The notes under the pieces were generated by a model that had not been told where the DNA came from, ran no database searches, and saw nothing but the letters and a program-made list of their open reading frames with translations. A stretch of 64,000 bases of DNA from an uncultured Acidobacteriaceae bacterium (GTDB lineage Bacteria; Acidobacteriota; Terriglobia; Terriglobales; Acidobacteriaceae): positions 46,190 to 110,189 of the forward strand of contig CAWHMN010000003.1 of assembly GCA_963830635.1 (NCBI GenBank). Reading direction: 5' to 3'. The position numbers and the translations under genes were made by a program. Of this stretch, positions 18,183 to 27,232 are shown piece after piece; position 1 is the stretch's first letter; each line of letters starts with the position of its first letter.

Positions 18183-19910
18183 GTGGCGAATTTCGCAGTG
18201 AGAGACAGGATCCTCCAAATCGCATGTGCCGTTGCAGCTTCGGCTGTGTGGATAATGCCGTCTTCCGCCTTTGCCGCGGATACCTCCGTCGGCGGCGTGG
18301 TCCGGGACCGGGGCGGTATCCCACAAATTGGCGCGCTGGTTGAGCTTCTGCGCGCGGACCAGACACCGGTGGCGATGGTGCGCACCGACGGCCGGGGCAC
18401 ATTCACCCTGGCCCATCTGCTGCCCGGCGTCTACCAGTTGCGCGCAACGGAGACCGCCTATCTCCCCTCGGTGCGCGAGCACCTGCGCGTGGCCGCGCAT
18501 CAGCGCACGCTCGCCGATATCACGGTAAGCACATTGTTTGAAGCGGCTGACTGGCTGCCGGTAGAGAAGCGAAGCGCCTCCGAGCCTGAGGACGACTGGA
18601 AGTGGACGCTGCGTTCCTCGGCGAACCGGCCGCTGCTGCGCTTCGATGCGGACGGGCCGGTACTCGTCTATCAGGGTACGGAAGACGGTGCGGCGACGCC
18701 CGCCAGCGAAACCCGCCTTTCCGTCCGCGGCGGCGGACGCGTCTTCGGCCAAGGTGGCGTGGCGAACAGCGTCGAATACCAACAGACGGCGCCGGACGGC
18801 CGGCGTGCCCTGGTTCGCGCCCAGGTAGGTGCGAGTGAAGGCGCTCCCAGCGAGTACACCGCCGCCTACGAGCACGCAGTGGTTCCGGGTGAGCCATTTC
18901 GGGCCGCTATCGCATTTCTCACTCAACCGGACCTGAGCGGCTCCGCTGCCGGAGCGGGGATGGAAGCGATTGTGCTGCGCACTGCGCAGACCATGGAACT
19001 CCTACCTTCGGTACAGGCCGAGTTCGGCAATGAAATCGTCGCCATGAACCTGGGTCGAGAGCAGATCCAGAGCCATCCATTCGCTTCCGTGGACTGGCGC
19101 GGAGAGCACAGCACGCTGGGCTACTCGCTCGCCACGGCGCGGCAGATTCAGACCGGCGAAGCGAGCGCGGATGAAGGCACCCTGATGCCGCGCGCAGCGG
19201 TTAGTGACGGGCGGCTCGCGTTGGAGCACGGTCTGCACCAGGAGGTTCGGTGGACGCGTGATCTGGGCGGGGGCTCGAGCCCGGCTTCCATGCTGACGCT
19301 CGCCGTCTTCGATGACAGTTGGAGCAATGCCATTCTGAACGGCGGCGGCAGCGTGTCCTCCCTCGATGACGCCGGGGGCCAGTTGCTGCTTGATCCGGTT
19401 GCGGGTGTGCTGCGCGCGGCGGGACACAGCTATGGCGGAGCAGGTTTTCTCACCCGCGTCGAAACGCATGTTTCCCCGGACGTTTCCTTGTCCGCAACCT
19501 ACGAGATGGGGCCTGCGCTCGAGGCTACGGAACCCTCGGGCGAAGCCGCAACCATCGCGCACGTGCTGGCTGCCATGCACGCGCATACAGCGCATGCCGT
19601 CACGCTTGCGGCGAGCGGCACCGTGGTGCGTACAGGCACTCACTTCCGCGCGTCCTATCGCCTTCAGAAAGCCGATGATCTGACTCCCGTGGACCCCTGC
19701 GATTCGCCTTTGGAAGAGGCCTACCTGAGCATGTTCCTGCGGCAGCCGATCCATCGCGGTAGGGTCTTTCCCGGAGGCATGGAGGCGATGATCGACGTAC
19801 GCAACCTGCTGGCGCAGGGCTATTACCCCTTCATGACGCCGGACGGCAGCACGCTCTATTTCGCCCAGGCCGGGCGCTCCGTCGAGGGTGGCATCGCCTT
19901 CACGTTCTAG
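18183..19910 (+). CDS. Carboxypeptidase-regulatory-like domain protein, probable outer-membrane beta-barrel
   Basis: It has a signal peptide ...SSAFAADTS. The CarboxypepD_reg-like N-domain reads GGVVRDRGGIPQIGALVELLR...TDGRGTFTLAHLLPGVYQL. The C-terminus ends ...GIAFTF, a terminal Phe as in OM barrels. The start is uncertain (GTG 18183 or GTG 18198). Confidence 0.7.
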   Translation: MANFAVRDRILQIACAVAASAVWIMPSSAFAADTSVGGVVRDRGGIPQIGALVELLRADQTPVAMVRTDGRGTFTLAHLLPGVYQLRATETAYLPSVREHLRVAAHQRTLADITVSTLFEAADWLPVEKRSASEPEDDWKWTLRSSANRPLLRFDADGPVLVYQGTEDGAATPASETRLSVRGGGRVFGQGGVANSVEYQQTAPDGRRALVRAQVGASEGAPSEYTAAYEHAVVPGEPFRAAIAFLTQPDLSGSAAGAGMEAIVLRTAQTMELLPSVQAEFGNEIVAMNLGREQIQSHPFASVDWRGEHSTLGYSLATARQIQTGEASADEGTLMPRAAVSDGRLALEHGLHQEVRWTRDLGGGSSPASMLTLAVFDDSWSNAILNGGGSVSSLDDAGGQLLLDPVAGVLRAAGHSYGGAGFLTRVETHVSPDVSLSATYEMGPALEATEPSGEAATIAHVLAAMHAHTAHAVTLAASGTVVRTGTHFRASYRLQKADDLTPVDPCDSPLEEAYLSMFLRQPIHRGRVFPGGMEAMIDVRNLLAQGYYPFMTPDGSTLYFAQAGRSVEGGIAFTF

Positions 19911-20020
19911 GCAGATCCCGCCGGCGGCCCGATTTCTCCGGGCCTCTCCACCGTGATATAAAAGATTCAGAACAGGGCATCGTTCTTCCCACCACAGGCA
20001 GGCTTCGCCTGCGCCAAGCT

Positions 20021-20096
20021 GGACGCGTAGCTCAACTGGCAGAGCATTCGACTCTTAATCGACAGGTTGTAGGTTCGATTCCTACCGCGTCCACCA
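20021..20096 (+). tRNA. tRNA-Lys (anticodon CTT), CCA encoded
   Basis: A manual cloverleaf fits: acceptor ggacgcg/cgcgtcc, D stem gctc/gagc, anticodon loop ctCTTaa, T arm gtagg-ttcgatt-cctac, discriminator a, then cca. Confidence 0.9.
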
Positions 20097-20205
20097 GATT
20101 CAACCGGTGCGCCGGCACTGCACGACCGGCGTGCCATCCCACGCCGCCGAGTGCTCTATCTTTCAGGCACATCCGCCGTTGCCGGGCCGGTGCGGCCGAT
20201 ACCCG

Positions 20206-21126
20206 CTAGACCACGCGCATGTAAATGGAGCAGGGAAAGTCCCCGCTGATGTTGTCCGTGTTCAGTCCCGTCTCATCCGCTTTGGGGCGGTAGTCGGGAA
20301 AGCACTCGAACAGCGCGCCGGGCCGCTCATAGTGCAACAGGCTCATGCAGAACATGATCTTGTAATGCACGTTGCCGATCAAAAATGCGTGCAGCATCGC
20401 GGTCTCCATCCAGTGATTGAAGGACCGGAGCACCTGACGGTTGTAGTCATAGGGCAGATAGATATCGTGGAAGTGCACGATCACGCCCGGCTTGAGGCGG
20501 GGAAGAATCTCCAGGATCACCCGGTTCACATCCCCATCCACGCGTACCGTGTGGCTGGAATCAATGAACAACATGTCGTCCTGTCCAAGTTCCTCGAAAA
20601 GCTGGACGTCCACGTCCTGCATCTGCTTGGGAATCAGGGAAACGTCCGCCTGCCGCACCCACTTGCTGGGATAAGGCTCAATGCAGGTGATGTGGCCCGG
20701 CCTGCCCTCCGCCGCGTTCTTCTCGAGCGCCGAAAGCGAGCAGTAGGTAGACATGCCCGAACCCACCTCGATAATGCGTTTTGGCTTGGCCCAGCGAAGG
20801 AAGCCGTGCAGCGCCATCGCCTCCAACCGGCCGAACCCTGGGCCGAACTCCCCCTCGACGGCGCGGGTATACACCGCATTGTCACGGTACTCGTCAAAGT
20901 ACGGCTTGACGATTGCGCGCATCGTCTGGGCCTGCTCGTCGATATCGACAGGAATGCCGGGAAGCTGTGATTTGATGGCCCAGCGGCCGCGCTGGCGTTC
21001 CAGATCCCGGATATCCGGGTAAGGCACGTAGTAGTGCTTGGGTAGTACCGTGATGCCCACCGACTGCAGCAGCTTGTGGACGGCGAACAACCCGTTCGCC
21101 GTTCGATGCCGTAGATTAGAACGCAA
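20206..21126 (-). CDS. Class I SAM-dependent methyltransferase (Methyltransf_24-like)
   Basis: IIEVGSGMSTYCS (motif I), MLFIDSSHTVRVDGDVN and GVIVHFHDI resemble the TylF/cephalosporin-hydroxylase-like methyltransferase family. Confidence 0.65.
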   Translation of the reverse strand: MRSNLRHRTANGLFAVHKLLQSVGITVLPKHYYVPYPDIRDLERQRGRWAIKSQLPGIPVDIDEQAQTMRAIVKPYFDEYRDNAVYTRAVEGEFGPGFGRLEAMALHGFLRWAKPKRIIEVGSGMSTYCSLSALEKNAAEGRPGHITCIEPYPSKWVRQADVSLIPKQMQDVDVQLFEELGQDDMLFIDSSHTVRVDGDVNRVILEILPRLKPGVIVHFHDIYLPYDYNRQVLRSFNHWMETAMLHAFLIGNVHYKIMFCMSLLHYERPGALFECFPDYRPKADETGLNTDNISGDFPCSIYMRVV

Positions 21127-21221
21127 TCATCAGGCCTCCAACAGCCCTAGTTAACGGTATCAGAAACATAGCCGCATATGCCGAACAGGGAAGCGCCGCG
21201 GTGGTAGCGGCTGCCCCTAGC

Positions 21222-24173
21222 TCAGAAGCGTTGCGGCATGGGCGCGGTGATGGCGCGGCCATCGAGTGCGGTGGCCGACCTAGGTTCGTCCACCTCGCCA
21301 ACCTCCACGTCAAAGGGCAGGAATACGCAGAACACCGTACCCTGGTGGTCCGGATTCTGGCTGCTCCGGGCGGTTATGGCGCCGAGGTGTTTCTCGATGA
21401 TCTCCGCCGTGATCCAGAGTCCCAGTCCGGTACCATTGTCGCCTTTGGTCGTGAAGAAGGGTTCAAAGATACGGCTGAGTGTCTTCCGGTCCATGCCGTG
21501 CCCGGTATCGGCAATGGTGACCCGCACCCCTCGAACGCCACTGCGCCAGTGCGTTCCCTCCCGCGTGCGTACCTCAATGCGGCCGCCGCTGCGCGTCGCG
21601 TCGAAGGCGTTGCCGATCAGATTGGTAAATACCTGTCTCAGTTCGCCGGCAAAGCAGAAGAGCTTTACCACGCTGCGGGCCTTCCGCTCCAGATGGATCT
21701 GCGCCCCGGCGAGGCGTCCCTGATAGAGCGCGATGGCGGACTCCAGGAGCAGGTCCACGCGCTCCCAGGTGGGCACGGTCGCCTGGCGGTGAAAGCGCAA
21801 CGTATGCGTGACGATGTGGGACACCCGGGCGAGCTCGTCCTGCGCGGTTTTCGCATAGCGAGTCAGTGTTTCCATCGAAGTCTCGTCCTGCATCAGGTAC
21901 AGCAGATTGGTGACGGCCTCCAGCGGATTGTTGATCTCATGTGAGATAGTCGCCGCCAGCCGCCCGACCACCGCTAGCTTTTCGCTCTTGCGCAGGGCCT
22001 CTTCGATCTGCCGTTGCGCGCTGATGTCCATGTTGACACCGAGGAAGTACGGATCCCCCTCGGGTCCGGTCATCACCCGGGCACGGCCGGAGAGCCATCG
22101 GTCTGTCCCGTCCGGCTGGGGCACGCGGAATTGCGCGTAGTAGTGACCGGTATGGACCGCTTCGTTCAAGGCGCGCCCCACCTTTGGCCGGTCGTCGGCA
22201 TGGATACGCGACAAGACGTCGGGCAGCTTCGGCCGCATGCCACTCTGGAGCCCGAAGAGTTCCAGTGCTCCGTCGGTGAGGAAGGTGTCTCCGCTGCCGG
22301 GCCAATACTGCCAAAACCCGGCGTTGGTGGCCGCTTGCGCCAGCGCGAGGAACTCGCCGCTCTCGCGCAGATCCTGCAGGAGGCGCTCGCGCTCCTGTTC
22401 CGCCGCCGCGCGCTCGGTTAGGTCGAGGGCCGAGACGGTGAGCCCCACGACCTCGCCGGCTGTGTTTCGCAGCGGCTCCGCCGTGATGTCGTACACTTCC
22501 GCCCTGCCGTTGATCGGGATGCGCAGTTGGCGCCGTTTTCCGCTACCCGCTTGCAACACTGAGCGTTTGAATTCCATGACTTCGCGCGCGGCTTCAATGC
22601 CCATGATCTCGTCGTCCCGGTAGCCCAGTACCTCCTGGTGCGAGAAGTCCCGATGGGTCCGGTGGATCCAGGTGTAGCGCAACTCCCGGTCGCACGTATA
22701 CAGCAGCAGCGGCGCGTTGGTCAGGGCTATGCGAATGCGTTCCTGCGCCTCGGCCAAAGCTGCCTCTGCCTGTTTCAGGCGGTGAATGTCAGTGCGTGTG
22801 CCAATCCATCGCGTGATGTTTCCTTGCTCGTCGCGCAGGGGCACGGCCCGGCCGAGGAACCAGCGCCATTCTGAGTGCTCGCGGCTCCAGAAGCGCGACT
22901 CGATCTCGTACGGCGTCCCGGTCGCGGCCGCATTGTGCCAGGCTTCCTTTACCTCATTGACATCATCGGGGTGCAGAATGGGCGCCCAGCTTTCATCGCC
23001 GGTCATCCCGCGCGGAAACCCGGTGAACTCATACCAGCGCTCGTTGTAGTAGTCGATACAGCCGTCCGGACGTGCCGTCCACACGATTTGCGGCATGGCA
23101 TCGGCAAGCTGGCGGAAGCGCAGTTCACTCTCGCGCATCGCCCGTTCGGCGGCATGCCTTTCGCCAATGTCACGGAAGACGAGAACGATGCCCGCCAGTT
23201 CGCCGGCCGCGTTCCGGATGGGCGCGCCGCTGTCGTCGATGTGCACGTCAACGCCGTCTTTGCGGATGAGAATCGTATGGTTCGCAAGGCCCACCACGGT
23301 GCCGAGCCGCCGGACTTTGTCCGCCGGGTTTTCTACCGTTGCGCGCGTCTCTTCATTGACGATATGGAAGATATCCTGCAAAGGCAGGCCGATCGCCTCG
23401 GATTCCGTCCACCCGGTGAGCGTCTGCGCCACTGCGTTCATGAAGGACACGCGCCCCCCGGCATCGCAGGCGATTACCGCATCTCCGATGCTGCTGAGCG
23501 TCGCCTGGAGTAACTCGTGTTGCTCCTGCACTTCATTCGCTTGCTCTTCATAGACCCCACTGACGCGGAGAATGCGCCGGCGTGTCCAGGTGCCCAGGGC
23601 GATGCCGGTTCCCAGCGTCAGCAAGCCGGTGAGTAGAAAGAGGGAGTGTAGTGCGCGTTCGTTGCGGTTCCTGCGCTGCTCACGCAGGTCCTGTTCCCGC
23701 CGCACCATAGTGCCCATCTCGGCATGCAGGGCGTCCATTTGGGCCTTGGTTGCGAGCGAGTCGGCGCCAAGCCGTTTTCCCGCAGGAGCCGCGATCGCCT
23801 GCTGGGACGATATACGCCATGCGGCATGGAGTTGGCGCAGATGCGCGAGGCTCGTCTCCTGCTCCGGATTGTCCGCGACCAGGTGGGTCAGAACTCCAAG
23901 CTCCCGGCCGACGGCGGCCCCGCCGTCGTTCCAGGGCGCAAGGAACGCAGGATCGGCGGTGAGCAGGTACCCGCGTACGTCCGTCTCCTCGTCCAGGATC
24001 AGGCTCTGCAGCCGGTTGAGGCCCGCGATCACCTGGTCGGTGTGATCGACCCAGTGGGCGCTGTTCTCCAGTCGCCAGATTCCCGAGGCGAGAACCAGGG
24101 CGACAGCCGCCAAGCCCAGGATGGGAAGCAGGAGTAACTGGACAAGCAGTCGCTTCAGCGCGGTCGGATTCAT
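21222..24173 (-). CDS. Sensor histidine kinase: CHASE3 - TM - multiple PAS/PAC - HisKA - HATPase
   Basis: The CHASE3-like N-terminus reads HWVDHTDQVIAGLNRLQSLILDEETDVRGYLLT. It has several PAS/PAC repeats, an H-box SHEINNPLEAV, and N/G boxes in the C-terminus (DTGHGM, GTGLGL). Confidence 0.85.
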   Translation of the reverse strand: MNPTALKRLLVQLLLLPILGLAAVALVLASGIWRLENSAHWVDHTDQVIAGLNRLQSLILDEETDVRGYLLTADPAFLAPWNDGGAAVGRELGVLTHLVADNPEQETSLAHLRQLHAAWRISSQQAIAAPAGKRLGADSLATKAQMDALHAEMGTMVRREQDLREQRRNRNERALHSLFLLTGLLTLGTGIALGTWTRRRILRVSGVYEEQANEVQEQHELLQATLSSIGDAVIACDAGGRVSFMNAVAQTLTGWTESEAIGLPLQDIFHIVNEETRATVENPADKVRRLGTVVGLANHTILIRKDGVDVHIDDSGAPIRNAAGELAGIVLVFRDIGERHAAERAMRESELRFRQLADAMPQIVWTARPDGCIDYYNERWYEFTGFPRGMTGDESWAPILHPDDVNEVKEAWHNAAATGTPYEIESRFWSREHSEWRWFLGRAVPLRDEQGNITRWIGTRTDIHRLKQAEAALAEAQERIRIALTNAPLLLYTCDRELRYTWIHRTHRDFSHQEVLGYRDDEIMGIEAAREVMEFKRSVLQAGSGKRRQLRIPINGRAEVYDITAEPLRNTAGEVVGLTVSALDLTERAAAEQERERLLQDLRESGEFLALAQAATNAGFWQYWPGSGDTFLTDGALELFGLQSGMRPKLPDVLSRIHADDRPKVGRALNEAVHTGHYYAQFRVPQPDGTDRWLSGRARVMTGPEGDPYFLGVNMDISAQRQIEEALRKSEKLAVVGRLAATISHEINNPLEAVTNLLYLMQDETSMETLTRYAKTAQDELARVSHIVTHTLRFHRQATVPTWERVDLLLESAIALYQGRLAGAQIHLERKARSVVKLFCFAGELRQVFTNLIGNAFDATRSGGRIEVRTREGTHWRSGVRGVRVTIADTGHGMDRKTLSRIFEPFFTTKGDNGTGLGLWITAEIIEKHLGAITARSSQNPDHQGTVFCVFLPFDVEVGEVDEPRSATALDGRAITAPMPQRF

Positions 24174-24174
24174 A

Positions 24175-24309
24175 GGCCCGGATGGTGGTTGGACAGGGTG
24201 GAACGCGGCGGTCCGTGTGGTGACCCGGCTGCTCGATATCTGGGCCTATAACTGGACGATGGCTGCTGGGGAATCGGCATGGGATTTCCAGAGTATAACC
24301 ATCCGGGCC
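24175..24309 (-). promoter_or_regulatory. Long-range 12-bp perfect inverted repeat (ggcccggatggt / accatccgggcc) spanning the cyclase-kinase intergenic region
   Basis: The arms lie at 24175-24186 and 24298-24309. One arm abuts the kinase start codon (24173), and the other lies 42 nt past the cyclase stop. Confidence 0.35.
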
Positions 24310-24350
24310 CATTTCCGTTACCCATTCAGGTCCAGAACGGCAGGGAGCGG

Positions 24351-25964
24351 CTAACCCTCCATCTCCTGAAGAAGCGTGCCTTTTGCCTGGATGACAGCGC
24401 CTTCAAGGAAGGTGGACGCCTCCTCACCTGTCGTTTTGATTCGGCTGCTGTCAAAGGCTTCCGTGCGATTCCTGCCTCGCGCCTTGGCGCGGTAAAGGGC
24501 GGCATCGGCGGCGGCGAGCAGGTGGTTCAGGCCCTCCCGGGGAGACGGCACGGCAGATGCCAGTCCCACGCTCACCGACAGGAACTCGCTCGCGCCTGCA
24601 TTCGCGCTGGGAATGCCGAGGCTGGTCACGGCGGAGCGCATCATCTCGGCAATGTGCATCCCCTCGTCCGCGCGGGTGTTCGGCAACAGGGCCACGAACT
24701 CTTCTCCGCCATAGCGCGCCAGCATCTCGCCGCCACGCCGCAGGCTGGCGCAGAGCGAGGCGGCCACCTGGATCAGGCACTCATCCCCCCGCGCGTGTCC
24801 ATAGCTGTCGTTGAGGGCCTTAAAGAAGTCCACATCGATCATCAGCAGGGTAAGCGGCCAGCCGAAGCGCATGGCGCGGTTCCACTCCACCTGCGCGATC
24901 TCTTCAAAGCGGCGGCGATTGGCCACGCCGGTCAGGGGGTCGGCCACCGAGATCTTGTGCAATTGATCGTTGGCCCGCCGTAACTGATCTTCACTCGCAC
25001 TGTGCGCCGCCTCCGCCTGCATAAGCTGCGTCTGAAAGACCGCGGTTCGCATGGTGTAGAAGATCAGCGCGAGGATAAGCGCCGCGATGCCGAAGAACAG
25101 ATGCTGCCGGATCAGGAACGCGCTCTGCACCAGCACCGCCATGGTGAACAGTGTCGGGCTGGCGTTCCAGATGATCAGGGCGGTGGCCGATCTCGGAGAC
25201 GAGGCAGGATACCGGCCTTCGCCCCGGTCCACCTTGCAGAACGGAGGAAGCACCATTACGGTCAGCAGAAGGAAGGGCACCGTCCATAGCAGGTCGACCG
25301 CCGCCCCGGTCTGCAGATGCATGACAATGTCGAGGTAGTTGAGGCAAGCCGAAAGGCCGGCGTAGATGCACAGGAAGATGCATACCTTACGCGAGAATTC
25401 GGCCTCTTCTCCCGAGGGGTCCGCAAAGACGCGCAGCGCCGCGGCGATCACCAGCACGACATTCTCTATGTTGTAGACGTAGGCCAGGGTAAGCGTGGAC
25501 ACCGGTTCGGGGTGCTGGATGGTCAGGGAGCGGAAGAAAAGTAGCTGTGACGCCAACAAAATGGCGAGCAGGGCCTGAAAGGAGTCAATGATGAGGAGCA
25601 AGGTGGAGTGCTCCTCCTTGTTGGCGGAGGCCATCGACAGCAGGATGGGAATGCCGAAGATGAAGAAATAGAAGTCGGGAAACTGCGCCGCCGTCTGGAA
25701 AAGGTGCTCAAAATCCTCCAGGTACGTGACCGTGAGCTGGCCGATGAACCAGAAGGCGAGCCCCAGAGTGAGCAGACCCCAGCGCGTCCGGGCAGGGCCG
25801 CGGCCCCGGAGGTAGCGCCATCCGCAGGCGAGGACCGCGGCGCCCGCCGCAAGCCCCATAAAGATGTTGGAGAGCAAGCCTCGCGGCGCCGCTGGCAGAA
25901 GCATAACTCCGGCATGAAGAGCCAGAAATACCGCCACGGCCATGATAGGGGTCGCTTTACGCAC
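24351..25964 (-). CDS. Diguanylate cyclase (GGDEF) with multi-pass N-terminal membrane domain
   Basis: RYGGEEFVALLPNT active-site motif and DPLTGVANRRRFEE. About 8 hydrophobic helices lie in the N-terminal 300 aa. Confidence 0.85.
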   Translation of the reverse strand: MRKATPIMAVAVFLALHAGVMLLPAAPRGLLSNIFMGLAAGAAVLACGWRYLRGRGPARTRWGLLTLGLAFWFIGQLTVTYLEDFEHLFQTAAQFPDFYFFIFGIPILLSMASANKEEHSTLLLIIDSFQALLAILLASQLLFFRSLTIQHPEPVSTLTLAYVYNIENVVLVIAAALRVFADPSGEEAEFSRKVCIFLCIYAGLSACLNYLDIVMHLQTGAAVDLLWTVPFLLLTVMVLPPFCKVDRGEGRYPASSPRSATALIIWNASPTLFTMAVLVQSAFLIRQHLFFGIAALILALIFYTMRTAVFQTQLMQAEAAHSASEDQLRRANDQLHKISVADPLTGVANRRRFEEIAQVEWNRAMRFGWPLTLLMIDVDFFKALNDSYGHARGDECLIQVAASLCASLRRGGEMLARYGGEEFVALLPNTRADEGMHIAEMMRSAVTSLGIPSANAGASEFLSVSVGLASAVPSPREGLNHLLAAADAALYRAKARGRNRTEAFDSSRIKTTGEEASTFLEGAVIQAKGTLLQEMEG

Positions 25965-26285
25965 GAGCCTGCTTTCCTATACCGGGTACGCGCCAATATC
26001 CTAACTGACTCGATGACATATTCGAATGGCATTTTTGCGCCATAGAGGACCGGGCCTGTTCCCCGCACTGCATGGCTGCTGCACGGGATTAAGCTGTCGC
26101 CCCTCCTGCCGATCGGCGAAGGGGTCCGGTAAGTTGGATGGCTCTGCTAGCGGCTCGGTTAAGCAGGTATAAACGAAAAGGTATCAACCAACTGATAACC
26201 CATGTGTCAGGCAGCAGACAGACAAAGCCAGCGCGAATCGCTGCCTTCATTCCCCTTGATTTCAGGCCCATCCGGTGAAGAACAG

Positions 26286-26309
26286 GTAATTCAAATTACT
26301 GAAAGTAAT
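26286..26309. promoter_or_regulatory. GTAAT-n4-ATTAC-n5-GTAAT array (candidate operator upstream of the sugar cassette)
   Basis: gtaattcaaattactgaaagtaat contains two overlapping inverted repeats. It lies 86-109 nt upstream of ATG 26395, in a 430-bp intergenic region that looks AT-richer. Confidence 0.3.
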
Positions 26310-26394
26310 CGATATGCGCTTCAGCGTGGATGAGCATCTATATACCTATTCTGCCATTGGCGATTCGGTCACCAAGTAGCAGATTGGAGAGACG

Positions 26395-27192
26395 ATGACG
26401 GCAAGCAGTGCTGCATGCAGCGTAGAGACTTCCGCGCAACTGCAAGAGACCATCAGGACGCTGGGCCCCTGGTTCCATAATCTGCAAGTCAAGCACATAT
26501 CGACCGCCCCCGACCACTTTCTCGGCGACTTTCCCCGGGTCAAATGGGCCCGGTTCGCCGCGACGATCCCCGCGGATCTCACCGGGCAGAGCGTGCTGGA
26601 CATTGGTTGCAATGGGGGCTTTTACGCCCAGGAGATGAAGAAGCGGGGCGCGGCACGCGTTCTTGGCATCGACAGCGACGAGCGCTATCTGCGGCAGGCG
26701 CGCTTTGCCGCGGAGACGAACGGTTTCGACATCGAATTCCGCAAGACCTCCGTGTATGAGCTGGACGGGCTCACGGAAACCTTCGACATCGTCCTGTTCC
26801 TGGGCGTCTTTTATCACCTGCGCTATCCCCTGTACGCGCTTGACAAGGTGGTGCAGAAGGTCAGGAAGCACCTGCTCTTTCAGTCCCTGATCCGGCCTTT
26901 CCCGGCTAGAGCCGCCAGCCCGCCGCGGGCGGACGAATATGACTTCTGGGAGCAGGCGGTCTTTGAACGCAAGGCGGACTTCCCGCGCATGCACTTCATC
27001 GAGGGCAGGTTCGCGGACGATCCCACCAACTGGTGGCTGCCCAACGTCGCCTGTGCGGAAGCCATGCTCCGCAGCGCCGGGCTGGAGATTCTCAGCCGGC
27101 CGGAAGAAGAGACGTGGTGGTGCGCGCCGACCTCCACGAAGCGTAATGGGCGATTCCTTCAGGAGGCGGAGTTGCGGGGAGAGGTCTGGTGA
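26395..27192 (+). CDS. Class I SAM-dependent methyltransferase, CmoB/DUF1698-like
   Basis: GPWFHNL...GQSVLDIGCNGGFYAQEMKKRGAARVLGIDSD...FDIVLFLGVFYHLRYPL. GGAGAG lies upstream of the ATG. Confidence 0.75.
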   Translation: MTASSAACSVETSAQLQETIRTLGPWFHNLQVKHISTAPDHFLGDFPRVKWARFAATIPADLTGQSVLDIGCNGGFYAQEMKKRGAARVLGIDSDERYLRQARFAAETNGFDIEFRKTSVYELDGLTETFDIVLFLGVFYHLRYPLYALDKVVQKVRKHLLFQSLIRPFPARAASPPRADEYDFWEQAVFERKADFPRMHFIEGRFADDPTNWWLPNVACAEAMLRSAGLEILSRPEEETWWCAPTSTKRNGRFLQEAELRGEVW

Positions 27193-27232
27193 CGGCCGGG
27201 CAAAGCAACACACGAGGGGAAAGGTAGCCGCG

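Noticed and set aside
17550-18926. 458-aa minus-strand ORF spanning the end of the GWxTD gene and the start of the OM-barrel gene
   Set aside because: It crosses an intergenic gap and two well-supported plus-strand genes. Its composition is antisense-like.
25965-26394. Possible cobalamin or c-di-GMP riboswitch upstream of the B12-rSAM cassette
   Set aside because: I could not find the B12-box or the GEMM core sequences by eye, so it is only flagged as an unexplained long leader/promoter region. It needs an Infernal scan.
19911-26394. Genomic island integrated at tRNA-Lys
   Set aside because: I found no integrase, recombinase, transposase or repeated tRNA 3' end. I report it only as a low-interest observation.
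26939-27232. In-frame N-terminal extension of the GH39-like ORF that might have supplied the 'missing' first strands of the barrel
   Set aside because: The extension is Arg/Ser/Gly-rich junk. It overlaps the 3' third of the methyltransferase gene in another frame and shows no beta/alpha pattern. A good RBS precedes ATG 27233.
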